Below are positions 39,305 to 48,952 of a DNA stretch of 64,000 bases, in pieces (positions within the stretch are counted from its first letter, which is position 1; each line of letters begins with the position of its first letter). This DNA is from Vulcanimicrobiaceae bacterium (GTDB taxonomy: Bacteria; Acidobacteriota; Terriglobia; Acidiferrales; UBA7541): NCBI GenBank assembly GCA_035484435.1, contig DATHOY010000041.1:1039-65038 (forward strand), read 5' to 3'. Position numbers and translations under genes: made by a program. The notes under the pieces were generated by a model. That model ran no database searches and was not told the origin of the DNA. It saw only the letters and a list, made by a program, of their open reading frames with translations.

Positions 39305-40279
39305 TTGGCCCCTTTCGACGTCAGCGTCATCGGTGAATTGAATCTCGACTTAATCTTGTATGGACTGCCGCAAAACCTGGTCCCGGAACGCGAACACCTG
39401 GCCACGGACTTGAGCATCACCCTGGGCAGTTCGTCGGCCATCTTTGCTCACAACCTTTCCTATCTGGGGAATCGGGTGGGTTTCAACTCGTGCATTGGAG
39501 ACGATCCCTTCGGCGAGATCTGCGTGCAACGCCTTTCCGCTAGCGGCGTCGACGTTTCTCATATCAAGAAATTGCGGGGGAAAACGACCGGACTCACCGT
39601 CATCCTGCCGCAGCGGAAAGATCGCTTCATCCTCACCTATCCTGGCGCGATGTATGAAATGACGGAAAGGGAATTGGACCAAAAGTTTGTCTTCAACGCG
39701 AAGCATCTTCACTTGTCTTCGTATTTCTTGCAGAAAGGGATTCGCCCGCAACTCATCCACATTTTTCGCAAGGCCAAGGAGGCGGGTCTTACTACCTCGC
39801 TGGACACCAACGATGATCCGGAGGATCGCTGGAGTGGTGACATTCAACTCTTGCTTCGATACGTGGACATTCTTCTGCCGAACGAGAGGGAGCTATGCAA
39901 GCTGGCGCAGGTGAACGATTTCGAAAAGGCGGTCGAGTCGCTCTCGCAAAAGGTGCGCATCCTGGTAGTCAAACGCGGCTCGCAAGGCGCTATGGTTCGC
40001 GTTGGAAAAGAAAAATTCCTTGCGTATCCACCCGTCGTGGATGTCGTGGATCCCGTCGGTGCTGGCGATACGTTTGACGCGGGTTTCGTTCACCAGTTCA
40101 TCCGCGGGGCCAAGATTGAAGACTGTTTGAAATTTGCAAACTGTACCGGGGCGCTTTCGGTCACCCGCGCGGGGGGCACGGAAGCATTTCGCGACGCAAC
40201 CCACCGCGAAGCTTTTTTGCGTAAGCACGCCGCGGGTCTTGGCACGTCAGGCGGCCAGACTTCCAGGCCAACCAGTTAG
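39305..40279 (+). CDS. PfkB family carbohydrate kinase
   Basis: VIGELNLD, LGSSSAIFA, LPNERE, DPVGAGDTFDAGF; TTG start after AAGGAG. Confidence 0.9.
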   Translation: MAPFDVSVIGELNLDLILYGLPQNLVPEREHLATDLSITLGSSSAIFAHNLSYLGNRVGFNSCIGDDPFGEICVQRLSASGVDVSHIKKLRGKTTGLTVILPQRKDRFILTYPGAMYEMTERELDQKFVFNAKHLHLSSYFLQKGIRPQLIHIFRKAKEAGLTTSLDTNDDPEDRWSGDIQLLLRYVDILLPNERELCKLAQVNDFEKAVESLSQKVRILVVKRGSQGAMVRVGKEKFLAYPPVVDVVDPVGAGDTFDAGFVHQFIRGAKIEDCLKFANCTGALSVTRAGGTEAFRDATHREAFLRKHAAGLGTSGGQTSRPTS

Positions 40280-40289
40280 GAATTGCCTT

Positions 40290-42527
40290 CTAGGGTGCTG
40301 GCGCCGCTTCCACAAGCAAACTGCCGTCGAACTCCACATTCAGCTTTCCGACCGGGCCGGTCACCGTTCCAAGTTCCTTGTGATGCACGTAGTCGGTGAC
40401 CCGGAATGTTCCGGCTGGAAGTCCTCGCAGCTCGACCTCGCCCTTCCAGACCGCTCCGTTTGCCGGAGCCTGTTTTCCGCCGCCTCCTTTTTCACCACTG
40501 TAGAAGGCATAGTAAAAGTGATTATTCTTTTCGATCGCATAGGCTTCCGGAAAATCGAATCCGTAGACATACAAGTCCAGAAATTTGCCCTTCGAGAGCA
40601 TCTTGTCGTTGTACAAACCGATCCATTCTTTCCAATGCGCTTCTTTTTCCCGATTCAAATACACGGTTTTGAATTTTGGACCGTAGTCCGGCCAGGTAAA
40701 CTTGGTTCCCAGCACGCCACCCGTACCCAGGGTCGAAGCGAAGTCTTCTCCCAGGTCCTGCTCGTCGCCCCCGGACGCGTTCTTGATTCGGGTCAGTTCG
40801 ACGTGATCGCCATACACCGCCGCTTCCGGCCCCAGCAGGGCTTTATACATCTTCACGCGGCGGCGAACCTGAATCGACCCCACCGGATCGGCGGTCACGG
40901 CTTGATCCATGTAGCGAAGCCACGCGAGATTCGGCGGCGTACCGCACGGGCAGCTTTGCGTCACGCTATCCGGTTTCAAGGCCCGGGTCGTTTCGAAAAT
41001 TATTTTGTAGACGTCAGCCATCGCGTACACCGAATCATAGGGTGACTTGTGGTGGTGCTTGGGGTTGTAGCAAAGCGGCGTCGACCAGATATTATCCAGT
41101 TTGTGCCCGTCGAATCCCCAGTCCCGGATAAATCGCTCCGTTACCCCTTTGTAGTATTCCTGTACGCCGGGAACGGCGGGGCACAGCGTTGCCAGATTTC
41201 GCGCCATTCGCGCGGGCTTTCCATTCTTGTCGAGAATCAGCCAGTCGGGATGCTGCTTCACCACCTCGGAAACGACGTATTTTCGCCCGCCATATCCGAA
41301 GTGTCCGTCCTCGACCCCAAGCGGCAGCCACCAAACCTGCATCTTCATTCCCTGGTCATGAAATTTCTTGACCATGTCGGGAATCGCGTCACCCGTAAAT
41401 GCCTTTGAATTCGCCTGCCAATCCCCGTAATTGTTGAACCACCCGTCATCCAGCGTGGCCCAGTGGATGCCCAGCTCCTTCAGCTTAGGGATTGTGTCGA
41501 GCATCTGCTTTGGCGTCACGCCGAACTCGTAGCCCCAGCCGCACCAACTCACCGCGTAGTTCTCATCATTGTTGCGCGGCTTATCCAGTCCTTCCTTCGC
41601 CAGCACTCTCGACCACAGGCTAAGCGGCTGATAGAAATCGCCGCGATAAACGGCAAGAAACGTTCGCGGCGTGGAAAAAACCTCTCCCGGTTTCAGAATC
41701 GTGTTGGCCGGAACACGCACCGCGGTCTCTACGTTCCCCACGGCAGTTGTCTCGACCGGAATCGACAGCGTAAACGGAACCGTCTCTACGTGGCCAATGG
41801 CCTCGCCTAAATCGCGGCTCCAGAACGCAACCACAGGAATCCCTCCTCCGACTGCGCCGAGGTCGTCCTTCGTTGGCACTGGTGCGCCGAATGGATTTTC
41901 CTGGCTGAATTTCGCAGGCATCGCGAAAATTTCGTCCTTCCCCCACTTCAAGCTGGCGCCTTGAAACGTCCACAGCCGTTCCACGCGCGATTTGGATTCG
42001 GAAGTCGCGGAGAACTGATGCCGCTGCAGCTTTACCCAATCCAGCGGAACATCCGCCGGCCCCGGGTTGCGGATACTCAGCGAAACCAGCGCAAGATTTG
42101 GAAAGTCATCATAAATCTCCATCTCCAGCGTTTCCGCCAGGTTCGTCTCCGGAATCGTTGCGGTTATCTCCACGTGCTTTCCCAACGCTCCCAGCTTTCC
42201 GGACGTGTCGCGCACTTTCGCTCCGGCCAGGTCGAATCGTGCCCCGGCGTGCTCCTTCTTCGATACCGAAATTATCTGGGAGACATCGAGAGCTTTATCC
42301 TCCAACGAAGACCGCCAGCTTGCACCCACCAGCGTGGCTGTAAAGGCTCCGGAAGGCCCCAGCCGAAACTCCGCCGTAGGGGTGCTAGCGACAATACTCT
42401 CGTTCGAAATGTTTACCACCACTGCGGATTTTGCGGCGGCAGCGGGCACTACCTTAGCCTCTTCTTTTTTCTGGCACCCGGCTGCGAAGAGGCTCACTGT
42501 CAGTCCCAACAAAAGCCATTCCTTCAT
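40290..42527 (-). CDS. GH36/GH27-clan alpha-galactosidase or alpha-N-acetylgalactosaminidase, lipoprotein
   Basis: Lipoprotein signal MKEWLLLGLTVSLFAAG-C; TLDDGWF, WGFDGHKLD (nucleophile region), QSCPCG. Confidence 0.8.
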   Translation of the reverse strand: MKEWLLLGLTVSLFAAGCQKKEEAKVVPAAAAKSAVVVNISNESIVASTPTAEFRLGPSGAFTATLVGASWRSSLEDKALDVSQIISVSKKEHAGARFDLAGAKVRDTSGKLGALGKHVEITATIPETNLAETLEMEIYDDFPNLALVSLSIRNPGPADVPLDWVKLQRHQFSATSESKSRVERLWTFQGASLKWGKDEIFAMPAKFSQENPFGAPVPTKDDLGAVGGGIPVVAFWSRDLGEAIGHVETVPFTLSIPVETTAVGNVETAVRVPANTILKPGEVFSTPRTFLAVYRGDFYQPLSLWSRVLAKEGLDKPRNNDENYAVSWCGWGYEFGVTPKQMLDTIPKLKELGIHWATLDDGWFNNYGDWQANSKAFTGDAIPDMVKKFHDQGMKMQVWWLPLGVEDGHFGYGGRKYVVSEVVKQHPDWLILDKNGKPARMARNLATLCPAVPGVQEYYKGVTERFIRDWGFDGHKLDNIWSTPLCYNPKHHHKSPYDSVYAMADVYKIIFETTRALKPDSVTQSCPCGTPPNLAWLRYMDQAVTADPVGSIQVRRRVKMYKALLGPEAAVYGDHVELTRIKNASGGDEQDLGEDFASTLGTGGVLGTKFTWPDYGPKFKTVYLNREKEAHWKEWIGLYNDKMLSKGKFLDLYVYGFDFPEAYAIEKNNHFYYAFYSGEKGGGGKQAPANGAVWKGEVELRGLPAGTFRVTDYVHHKELGTVTGPVGKLNVEFDGSLLVEAAPAP

Positions 42528-42528
42528 G

Positions 42529-43731
42529 TCAGTGCCACCCTTTGAACTGGGCGAAAATCTTGTCCGCATTTTTATGGTAGACCTTTTCCAAGACTCCATC
42601 CGGCAGTTCCATTCCATAAATCTCCCATCTTCCCTGGCCCGGGTATCCCCAATAGGGAAAATACTCGTCCCCGGTTTCGAGCCAGCGGAAGTAGTTCGCG
42701 TACATCGCTTCTTCCGGCTCGCTGTCCGTTCCGAAAAGGATTCTGTCCTGGTAATCGACGAAGAATTTGCGGGACCTCCGCGGTTGCCTTCCCAGTTCCG
42801 CCTGGCGCGCACCGAATTCCACATACATGTTCGGATATTTGTCGAGCCACGCGGAAACCGCGTTCAGATTCTCCGGCCAATTGGCGACGTGCAAGGCGAT
42901 AAACGTGGTTCGCGGATGTTTTTCGATGATGTGATTCCGTTGTGCCAGCAGTGTTTCTTTGGAGGGGAACTGCGGCCCGAAGAAACTCCACGAAGGATTC
43001 GTAATTAGTTCTTCATAACGCTCATTGTGATTGTCCAGCGGCGTGAAAAATGCTTCCGGGTCCGTCGAATGGATGGCCACCGGGATTCCCAGTCTTCCGC
43101 ACTCCTCCCAGACCGCATCCAGCCGCGGATCGTCGATAGCAATCAGTTTCCCCGTCCGGTCCTTCACTCCCAGGCCAAGATCCTTCAGCACCTTCAGCCC
43201 GCGTGCGCCGCGCCGCACCGCGTCATCCAGTTGCGCTACCATCTCCGCGGTGAAATTTGCGTCGTCGATCTTGCTCCAGTCGTATTGCGCGAAGACGATG
43301 AAGCGATCGGGGTAAGGCTTTACCATCTTGTCCAGCACGCGCTGCAATCGGTCGCCCCACATCCCGGTGAGAATGACGATCTTTTCCACGTTGGCGCGGT
43401 TCATTCGCCGCACTACTTCCTCCGGGGGAATCTCTTCTCCGTGAATGCCTCCGGCGTCGTCCACATGATTGTGCATGTCAATCACCGGGAACTTTGCGCG
43501 TGGAACTTCGTGCGCTTCCGCATGCATCATCGACTTCGGATCGAAATCCTTCAGCAACAGGGTCATGTTCTTGGAAGCATTCGGATCCTGGCTGTATTTG
43601 ATCTCTTGCTTCGAATTGGCATCCTGGGCCTGGCTGTTGTCCTGGGCGAGCAAAAAAGCCGGCGCGAAAACCAGCGCAGCCGCCGTGGATAGAACAAAAA
43701 TTACTTTGGAACTGGCAACCGAGGTGCGCAT
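42529..43731 (-). CDS. Exported amidohydrolase-2 family metallohydrolase
   Basis: Signal peptide; VIDMHNH, VAIHSTD, IALHVAN, LFGTD, VYHKNA. Confidence 0.85.
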   Translation of the reverse strand: MRTSVASSKVIFVLSTAAALVFAPAFLLAQDNSQAQDANSKQEIKYSQDPNASKNMTLLLKDFDPKSMMHAEAHEVPRAKFPVIDMHNHVDDAGGIHGEEIPPEEVVRRMNRANVEKIVILTGMWGDRLQRVLDKMVKPYPDRFIVFAQYDWSKIDDANFTAEMVAQLDDAVRRGARGLKVLKDLGLGVKDRTGKLIAIDDPRLDAVWEECGRLGIPVAIHSTDPEAFFTPLDNHNERYEELITNPSWSFFGPQFPSKETLLAQRNHIIEKHPRTTFIALHVANWPENLNAVSAWLDKYPNMYVEFGARQAELGRQPRRSRKFFVDYQDRILFGTDSEPEEAMYANYFRWLETGDEYFPYWGYPGQGRWEIYGMELPDGVLEKVYHKNADKIFAQFKGWH

Positions 43732-43804
43732 TTCTGGGGAAGCCCCTTTCCGGAAACCTGTGATGCGGCCCTCTCAGGGCAAGCACGGCTTAAAGCCAGC
43801 AAGG

Positions 43805-43854
43805 ATTCTACGCACATGCGAAAGGAAAAGAAACAAAAAGTAACAAAAAGAAAT
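43805..43854 (-). promoter_or_regulatory. Second AgaR-type 10-bp-phased repeat array with a -10 box (TAGAAT), upstream of amidohydrolase/GH36
   Basis: GAAAG 43820, GAAAC 43830, GTAAC 43840, GAAAT 43850; ATTCTA at 43805-43810 reads TAGAAT on the minus strand. Confidence 0.6.
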
Positions 43855-43899
43855 TTGCCGCCGGCACCCTCTTTCGCGCGCCACTCCCTATCAGGCCAT

Positions 43900-44562
43900 T
43901 TACGCGTGTGATTTTATTTGCGCTTTGTGTTTGTGAACAATCGCTGCAAGCAATTTGGCGGCCTCAGTGAGCTTGTGTGCTTCATTCCTGCGGAGTGCCC
44001 CAAGATCGGCCAGTTCCGCGCCTATTCCCAACGCGAAGGCACCGGCTGCGAAATATTCTTCCGCATTCTTCAGATTGACCCCGCCCGTGGGGATAAATCG
44101 GCAATCGGGGAACGGCGCCCTCAGCGCTTTGATGTGACCCGGGCCTCCTCCGCTGCCACACGGGAAAATCTTGATGACGTTCACACCCAAGTCCTTCGCC
44201 GCCATCACTTCGGTTGGGGTGAACGCGCCGGGAATGGCCAGCACTCCGTGCTTCGCAGCGGTATGAATGACCTCGGGAGCGAGGCCCGGGCTGACCAGGA
44301 ATTGTGCACCTGCATCGATACAAACCTCCGCTTGCTTGGCATCCAAGACCGTTCCAGCCCCGATCAACAAATCGCAGTTCGCGCGCGCGACCTCGCGCAG
44401 CACTCGAGGTGCATCCGGCACGGTCATCGTAATTTCCACAACGGGAATTCCCCCCGCGCAGACCGCTTCCACCGCCCGCGATGCCTCGGCCGCATTTGCC
44501 GCGCGAATCACCGGCACAATGCCGATCTCGCCGATTCGCCGGATGATTTCTTCTACGTTCAT
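43900..44562 (-). CDS. eda: KDPG/KHG aldolase
   Basis: IVPVIR, VEITM, IGAGTVL, FLVSPG, GAFTPTE, KIFP, PTGGVN. Confidence 0.93.
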   Translation of the reverse strand: MNVEEIIRRIGEIGIVPVIRAANAAEASRAVEAVCAGGIPVVEITMTVPDAPRVLREVARANCDLLIGAGTVLDAKQAEVCIDAGAQFLVSPGLAPEVIHTAAKHGVLAIPGAFTPTEVMAAKDLGVNVIKIFPCGSGGGPGHIKALRAPFPDCRFIPTGGVNLKNAEEYFAAGAFALGIGAELADLGALRRNEAHKLTEAAKLLAAIVHKHKAQIKSHA

Positions 44563-44595
44563 CTCTTGCTCCGCGGAGTGATTTTCGTTAACGCA

Positions 44596-45687
44596 TCAGC
44601 GCGAAATGCGCGCCGTTCCGCCTTTCATTGCCTCCAAAACCTCCTGCAAGCTGGCCATCGAGGCATCCCCAGGCGTCGTCATTGCCAGCGCGCCATGAGC
44701 CGCGCCGCACTCCAGCGCCCACGCGATGTCTTTTCCCGACAGCAACCCGTAGATCAGGCCGGAAGCGAAAGAATCGCCTCCCCCCACGCGATCGAAAATC
44801 TCCAAATTTTCCCGGTTCGCCGCTTGATAAAACTCCCCCTCCGAATAGGCGATGGCGCCCCAATCGTTGCGGGTTGCCGTTTTCGCGTTGCGCAACGTTG
44901 TAGCCACCACGGAGAGATCGGGAAAATCGCGCTTCACCTTCTCAATCATCTTCTGGAAGAATCCCGGAGCGAGTTGGGAGTGAGCCTCATCGACTCCTTC
45001 CACTTCGTAGCCCAGAGCGGCCGTAAAATCCTCTTCGTTCCCGAACAAGACATCCACCTTGGAAACCAGCGCCCGGTTCACGGCTTGCGCCTTTTCCTTG
45101 CCTCCATTCGACGACCACAAGGACGCCCGATAGTTCAGGTCATAGGAGACGATGGTTCCCGCGCGTTTTGCCGCTTCCATCGCTTCCCGCGCGATGACTG
45201 GCGTAGTTTCCGAAAGGGCGCAGAAAATCCCTCCCGTATGAAACCAGCACGCCCCCTGCTCCGAAAAAATCTTCTCCCAATCTATCTCTCCGGGCTTTAG
45301 TTGCGATACCGCCGTGTGTCCGCGGTCAGAGCAGCCCAGTGCCGCACGGATCCCAAATCCGCGCTCGGTAAAGTTCAAGCCATTTCGCACCGTGCGTCCC
45401 ACGCCGTCGTACTTCACCCAGCGCAATTGCTCCAGACTTACGCCGCCTTGCAACATGAGGTCTTCAATTAACCGGCCGATGGGGTTATCGGCCAGAGAGG
45501 TAACGATTGCGGTCTCCATACCGAAGCATCGCCGCAGCCCGCGGGCCACGTTGTATTCGCCTCCGCCCTCCCAGGCCCGAAATTCGCGCGCGGTGGAGAT
45601 CCGCGTTTCTCCTGGATCCAGTCGCAGCATGACCTCGCCCAGGCTGACCAGGTCCCAACGGCAGTGTTCCTTTGATTTGATTTTCAT
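44596..45687 (-). CDS. kdgK: 2-keto-3-deoxygluconate kinase (PfkB family)
   Basis: LGEVMLRL, GGGEYNVA, WFHTGGI, SYDLNYRASLW, DRVGGGDSFASG; adjacent to eda. Confidence 0.88.
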   Translation of the reverse strand: MKIKSKEHCRWDLVSLGEVMLRLDPGETRISTAREFRAWEGGGEYNVARGLRRCFGMETAIVTSLADNPIGRLIEDLMLQGGVSLEQLRWVKYDGVGRTVRNGLNFTERGFGIRAALGCSDRGHTAVSQLKPGEIDWEKIFSEQGACWFHTGGIFCALSETTPVIAREAMEAAKRAGTIVSYDLNYRASLWSSNGGKEKAQAVNRALVSKVDVLFGNEEDFTAALGYEVEGVDEAHSQLAPGFFQKMIEKVKRDFPDLSVVATTLRNAKTATRNDWGAIAYSEGEFYQAANRENLEIFDRVGGGDSFASGLIYGLLSGKDIAWALECGAAHGALAMTTPGDASMASLQEVLEAMKGGTARISR

Positions 45688-45706
45688 GCTTCGTTCCGAT
45701 TTCCCA

Positions 45707-47044
45707 TCAGGACACCACTTTCGTGGTTGGGATCAACCGGCGCTCCGGATCAACCACAAGCCAGGCAATCGCACCCGCAACACTCAATACCGCGGCTACA
45801 AGAAAGGAGGAAGTCCAACCGTATTGCTGTGCAATCGCCGGCGTGAGCGACGCGGTCAAGGCACCGCCGAACTGCCCGCCCATGTTCATGAATCCAGAAG
45901 CCGAGCCCGCGCTATCCCCGGCAATATCCGCGGTGATCGACCAATACGAGCTTTGCGAGAGATACAGCGCGCCGGCGCCGCCGGAAAGGACAATGCTCGC
46001 CACAGGAGCGCTTGTAGCCCGCGAACCTAAGACCAAAAAAGCCGAGGCGAGAAGCAGCGCCAGAAAGGCGACTCCGCAGCGTCCGACGCGTTTGCCATAA
46101 GCACGTGAGAGCGCGTCATTGATCGCACCCCCAGACAGGCTGCAAGCAACTATGGCCAGCGGGGGGAGGGTGCTATACAGAGCGCTGGCCTTCAGGTCCA
46201 TACCGCGTACCTTGGCCAGATAGATGTAGAACCAACTGAAGAAAATCCAGGCAACGTAGCCGAAACAAAAATAACTTGCCGTGACGGCCAGAATGCTTTT
46301 GCTGGTGAGGATGCTGCGCCAACTGATAAGGGAAACGGACGAAACCTCGCTCTCCTTATCAGTAGAGTTTTCCATGCTTGAGCCAACCGGCGCGGCATGC
46401 GCGCGGTACTTCTGGATTAACGAAAGCTCCGAAGCGTTCACCGATGGATGTAGTTCGGGCTTGTCTCGCGCGATGAGATACCAGACGATTCCCGCGAGCA
46501 ACCCGACGAGTGCGCTAACCCAAAAAGACGAGCGCCATCCGTAGTGGATCATCAGGTAACTGACAACGAGTGGGGCTATTCCCGCGCCGGCTCCAACGCC
46601 TGCGAAGATCAACCCGTTAGCCTTGCCGCGCTCTTGCGAAGGTATCCACTGGGACACGAACTGGTTCGAGGAGGGATAGATAATGGCCTCACCGGCTCCG
46701 AGAAGAAATCGCACCAGGATGAAGAAGACCACGGCGCCCCAGACTTTGGTCGGCAACGAAGCCGTCAGCGCCGTAAAGATTCCCCACCACACCACGCCAA
46801 ACGTAAGTATTCGCCGCGGGCCGAACCGATCCACCAGCCACCCGCCGGGCGTTTGAAACAATGCGTAGCCCAGCAGAAACGCAGTGAACACCCACCCCAG
46901 CCGCACCTGGCTCAGGTGGTATTCCTCCGCCAGCGAACTCCCCGCAATCGAAATATTAACCCGGTCCAGGTAGGAAATTCCGCTCAGCACGAACAGCCAG
47001 AACACCAGCAGCCAGCGAACTCGGCTCGCTGCCTGCCCGCTCAT
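45707..47044 (-). CDS. MFS transporter, anion:cation symporter (DgoT/GudP-like sugar-acid importer)
   Basis: ISYLDRVNISIA, GWLVDRFGPRR, RFLLGAGEA, WIPSQERG, GFMNMGGQFGG. Confidence 0.88.
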   Translation of the reverse strand: MSGQAASRVRWLLVFWLFVLSGISYLDRVNISIAGSSLAEEYHLSQVRLGWVFTAFLLGYALFQTPGGWLVDRFGPRRILTFGVVWWGIFTALTASLPTKVWGAVVFFILVRFLLGAGEAIIYPSSNQFVSQWIPSQERGKANGLIFAGVGAGAGIAPLVVSYLMIHYGWRSSFWVSALVGLLAGIVWYLIARDKPELHPSVNASELSLIQKYRAHAAPVGSSMENSTDKESEVSSVSLISWRSILTSKSILAVTASYFCFGYVAWIFFSWFYIYLAKVRGMDLKASALYSTLPPLAIVACSLSGGAINDALSRAYGKRVGRCGVAFLALLLASAFLVLGSRATSAPVASIVLSGGAGALYLSQSSYWSITADIAGDSAGSASGFMNMGGQFGGALTASLTPAIAQQYGWTSSFLVAAVLSVAGAIAWLVVDPERRLIPTTKVVS

Positions 47045-47127
47045 GAAAGCCACCGAGCAAATACCCGGAGCTTGTTCCGTCCATTCGTGATCAAAAAGTC
47101 CTCGTTTGCGTGAAGGGCGTCCATTCG

Positions 47128-48387
47128 TCAGGCGGCGTGCGCTTTCAAAACTGCCACCACCGCGTTGGCTATGATCTTGTCTTCACCGGGTTGCAGCATG
47201 AAAGAGTTCAGCGAGAGGACTTCGCCCTCTTCTCCCGCACTCAGCACAATCGCGGGCTTGCCCTTGCGCAGAGCCCCGGCGATCTCCCTGGGAGTTGCCG
47301 CGATCTTTTTGTCCCACAGTATTTTCAGGTGTGGAACGTGATTGGCGATGTCCGGAACAAAAAATTTCGTCGTGACGCCCGGGACTTTTGAAATTTCCGC
47401 TGAGATGAGTTCCAGGCGATGCTGCCATTCCTTGTTGAGCGCTTCGTGGTCTTCCTGGAGGTAGCACTCCAACGCTTTCACCATGCCGACGATCTCCTCT
47501 TTCCCGACTTTTTGGCTGCGGCCGATCGTGTCTTCATGCGGGCTGTTGTTCAGAAGCGCGTAGCTCACCAGGTCTTTGCGCCCAACCAGCAGTCCTGCGC
47601 ATTGCGGGCCGCGAATGGCCTTGCCTCCGCTGAACGCGATCAGGTCGTACCCCATGCTGGCGTAGTCCCAAAGGTGCGACACAGGCGGAGTGTCCGCCGC
47701 GGCGTCAATAAACGTGGGAACCTTGTATTCCTTTCCCAATTTCGCCCACTCCTCCACCTTGATCTGCCCCGCGGCGTTCGCGAAATTCGAAAAATGCATC
47801 ATCGCCGTTTTTTCGTTGACGGCCTTTCGCAAATCGTCGCGATCCACAACTTCGACCAGCCGGATCCCGGTGGCACGCAATTGGTGATCAAACGGATTGC
47901 GGTGTGATTTTTGGATGATCACTTCGGACTTCATGCCGGTCAGATCGGGAAGTTGCCGGATGAATTGGGGATTGTCCTTCGTCAGGATTCCCGCCAGCCC
48001 CGAGAGCATCGCAGCCGCGGCTCCCGAAGTCACCAGCGCGGAATAATCCGGCGGTAGCTTCAACATTTCCGCGATTCGTTTTCCGGCGGCCACCTCAAGT
48101 TCCGGAATGTTTACGAAATGCCGCCCGGCCAGGGCCATCACCGCTTCCACCTCCGGGCGCATCAGTGATCCGCCCAGCATGGTCATGGTTCCTTGACCGT
48201 TGATCACGGTCGTAACGCCCAGCTCGTCATACACGTTTCCTGTCTGGCCAAAACCCTTGACGGCGCCGTCGTTCACTGGGCCGGCCGGGTTTGCGGCCGG
48301 CAGCTTTCTCGCGCCCAGAATCATTGCCGCCAGCGAACTAATCCCGGTCATGAAGCCGCGGCGGGTCCATTTCGCACTGAAGTTCAT
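47128..48387 (-). CDS. SelA-like/DgaE-family PLP-dependent enzyme with twin-arginine signal (copy 1)
   Basis: TRRGFMT Tat motif; YDELGVTTVING.GTMTMLGGS, VTSGAAAA, FIDAAAD, FSGGKAIRGPQ (PLP Lys), KVGKEEIVG. Confidence 0.85.
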   Translation of the reverse strand: MNFSAKWTRRGFMTGISSLAAMILGARKLPAANPAGPVNDGAVKGFGQTGNVYDELGVTTVINGQGTMTMLGGSLMRPEVEAVMALAGRHFVNIPELEVAAGKRIAEMLKLPPDYSALVTSGAAAAMLSGLAGILTKDNPQFIRQLPDLTGMKSEVIIQKSHRNPFDHQLRATGIRLVEVVDRDDLRKAVNEKTAMMHFSNFANAAGQIKVEEWAKLGKEYKVPTFIDAAADTPPVSHLWDYASMGYDLIAFSGGKAIRGPQCAGLLVGRKDLVSYALLNNSPHEDTIGRSQKVGKEEIVGMVKALECYLQEDHEALNKEWQHRLELISAEISKVPGVTTKFFVPDIANHVPHLKILWDKKIAATPREIAGALRKGKPAIVLSAGEEGEVLSLNSFMLQPGEDKIIANAVVAVLKAHAA

Positions 48388-48414
48388 GGTTCCTCCTGGT
48401 CCAAATATTCTCGA

Positions 48415-48921
48415 TTACTTGCGAACCACAGCGGCCGTGCAGTTGATTTCCACCAGGGACTGACCGGGCAACGCGGCGACGGCAACCGTTGTTCTTGCCG
48501 GCCCACCATTCGGAAAATAAGTCTTGAAGACCTTGTTCATCCCGTCGTAGTCCTCGATCTTGGTCAGGTAAACGGTCAGTTGCAAGATGCTGTCCATCGC
48601 GCCGCCGCCGGTTTCCACCAGGGTCTTCACATTGTCCATCACCTTTTGCGTGTGGGTCTCAATGTCGAAAGCGAATTTGCCTTCGGGATCATGCGAATGA
48701 GCGCCCTGGCCGGCGATGTAGATCACCCCGTTGTGAATGATCAGCGGCGTGATGAATCCGGTGCCCGCGGCTTTGCCCTCATAATTCAACTTCTGAACAC
48801 CGCTTGGAGCCTGCGCGGCGGCCGGAGTCGAACCGGAAAATAAACTCGCAAAGCCGGTGCCTGCCAACAGGGAAGCGAACTTTGTTGCGAAACCTCTGCG
48901 ATTGCTGAGTGTTGAAGACAC
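48415..48921 (-). CDS. RidA/YjgF family imine deaminase with twin-arginine signal
   Basis: GTG start after AGGAGG; SNRRGFATK; IYIAGQG, MNKVFKTYF, PARTTV (catalytic Arg), LVEINC. Confidence 0.88.
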   Translation of the reverse strand: MSSTLSNRRGFATKFASLLAGTGFASLFSGSTPAAAQAPSGVQKLNYEGKAAGTGFITPLIIHNGVIYIAGQGAHSHDPEGKFAFDIETHTQKVMDNVKTLVETGGGAMDSILQLTVYLTKIEDYDGMNKVFKTYFPNGGPARTTVAVAALPGQSLVEINCTAAVVRK

Positions 48922-48952
48922 AGTATCCTCCTGAACGAACATGGACTTCGAT

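Noticed and set aside
35420-40279. Sulfoglycolysis (YihT/YihV/YihW) interpretation
   Set aside because: Aldolase motifs match LacD, an AgaS-like SIS protein and AgaR-type operators are present, and there are no YihS/YihU/YihQ homologs
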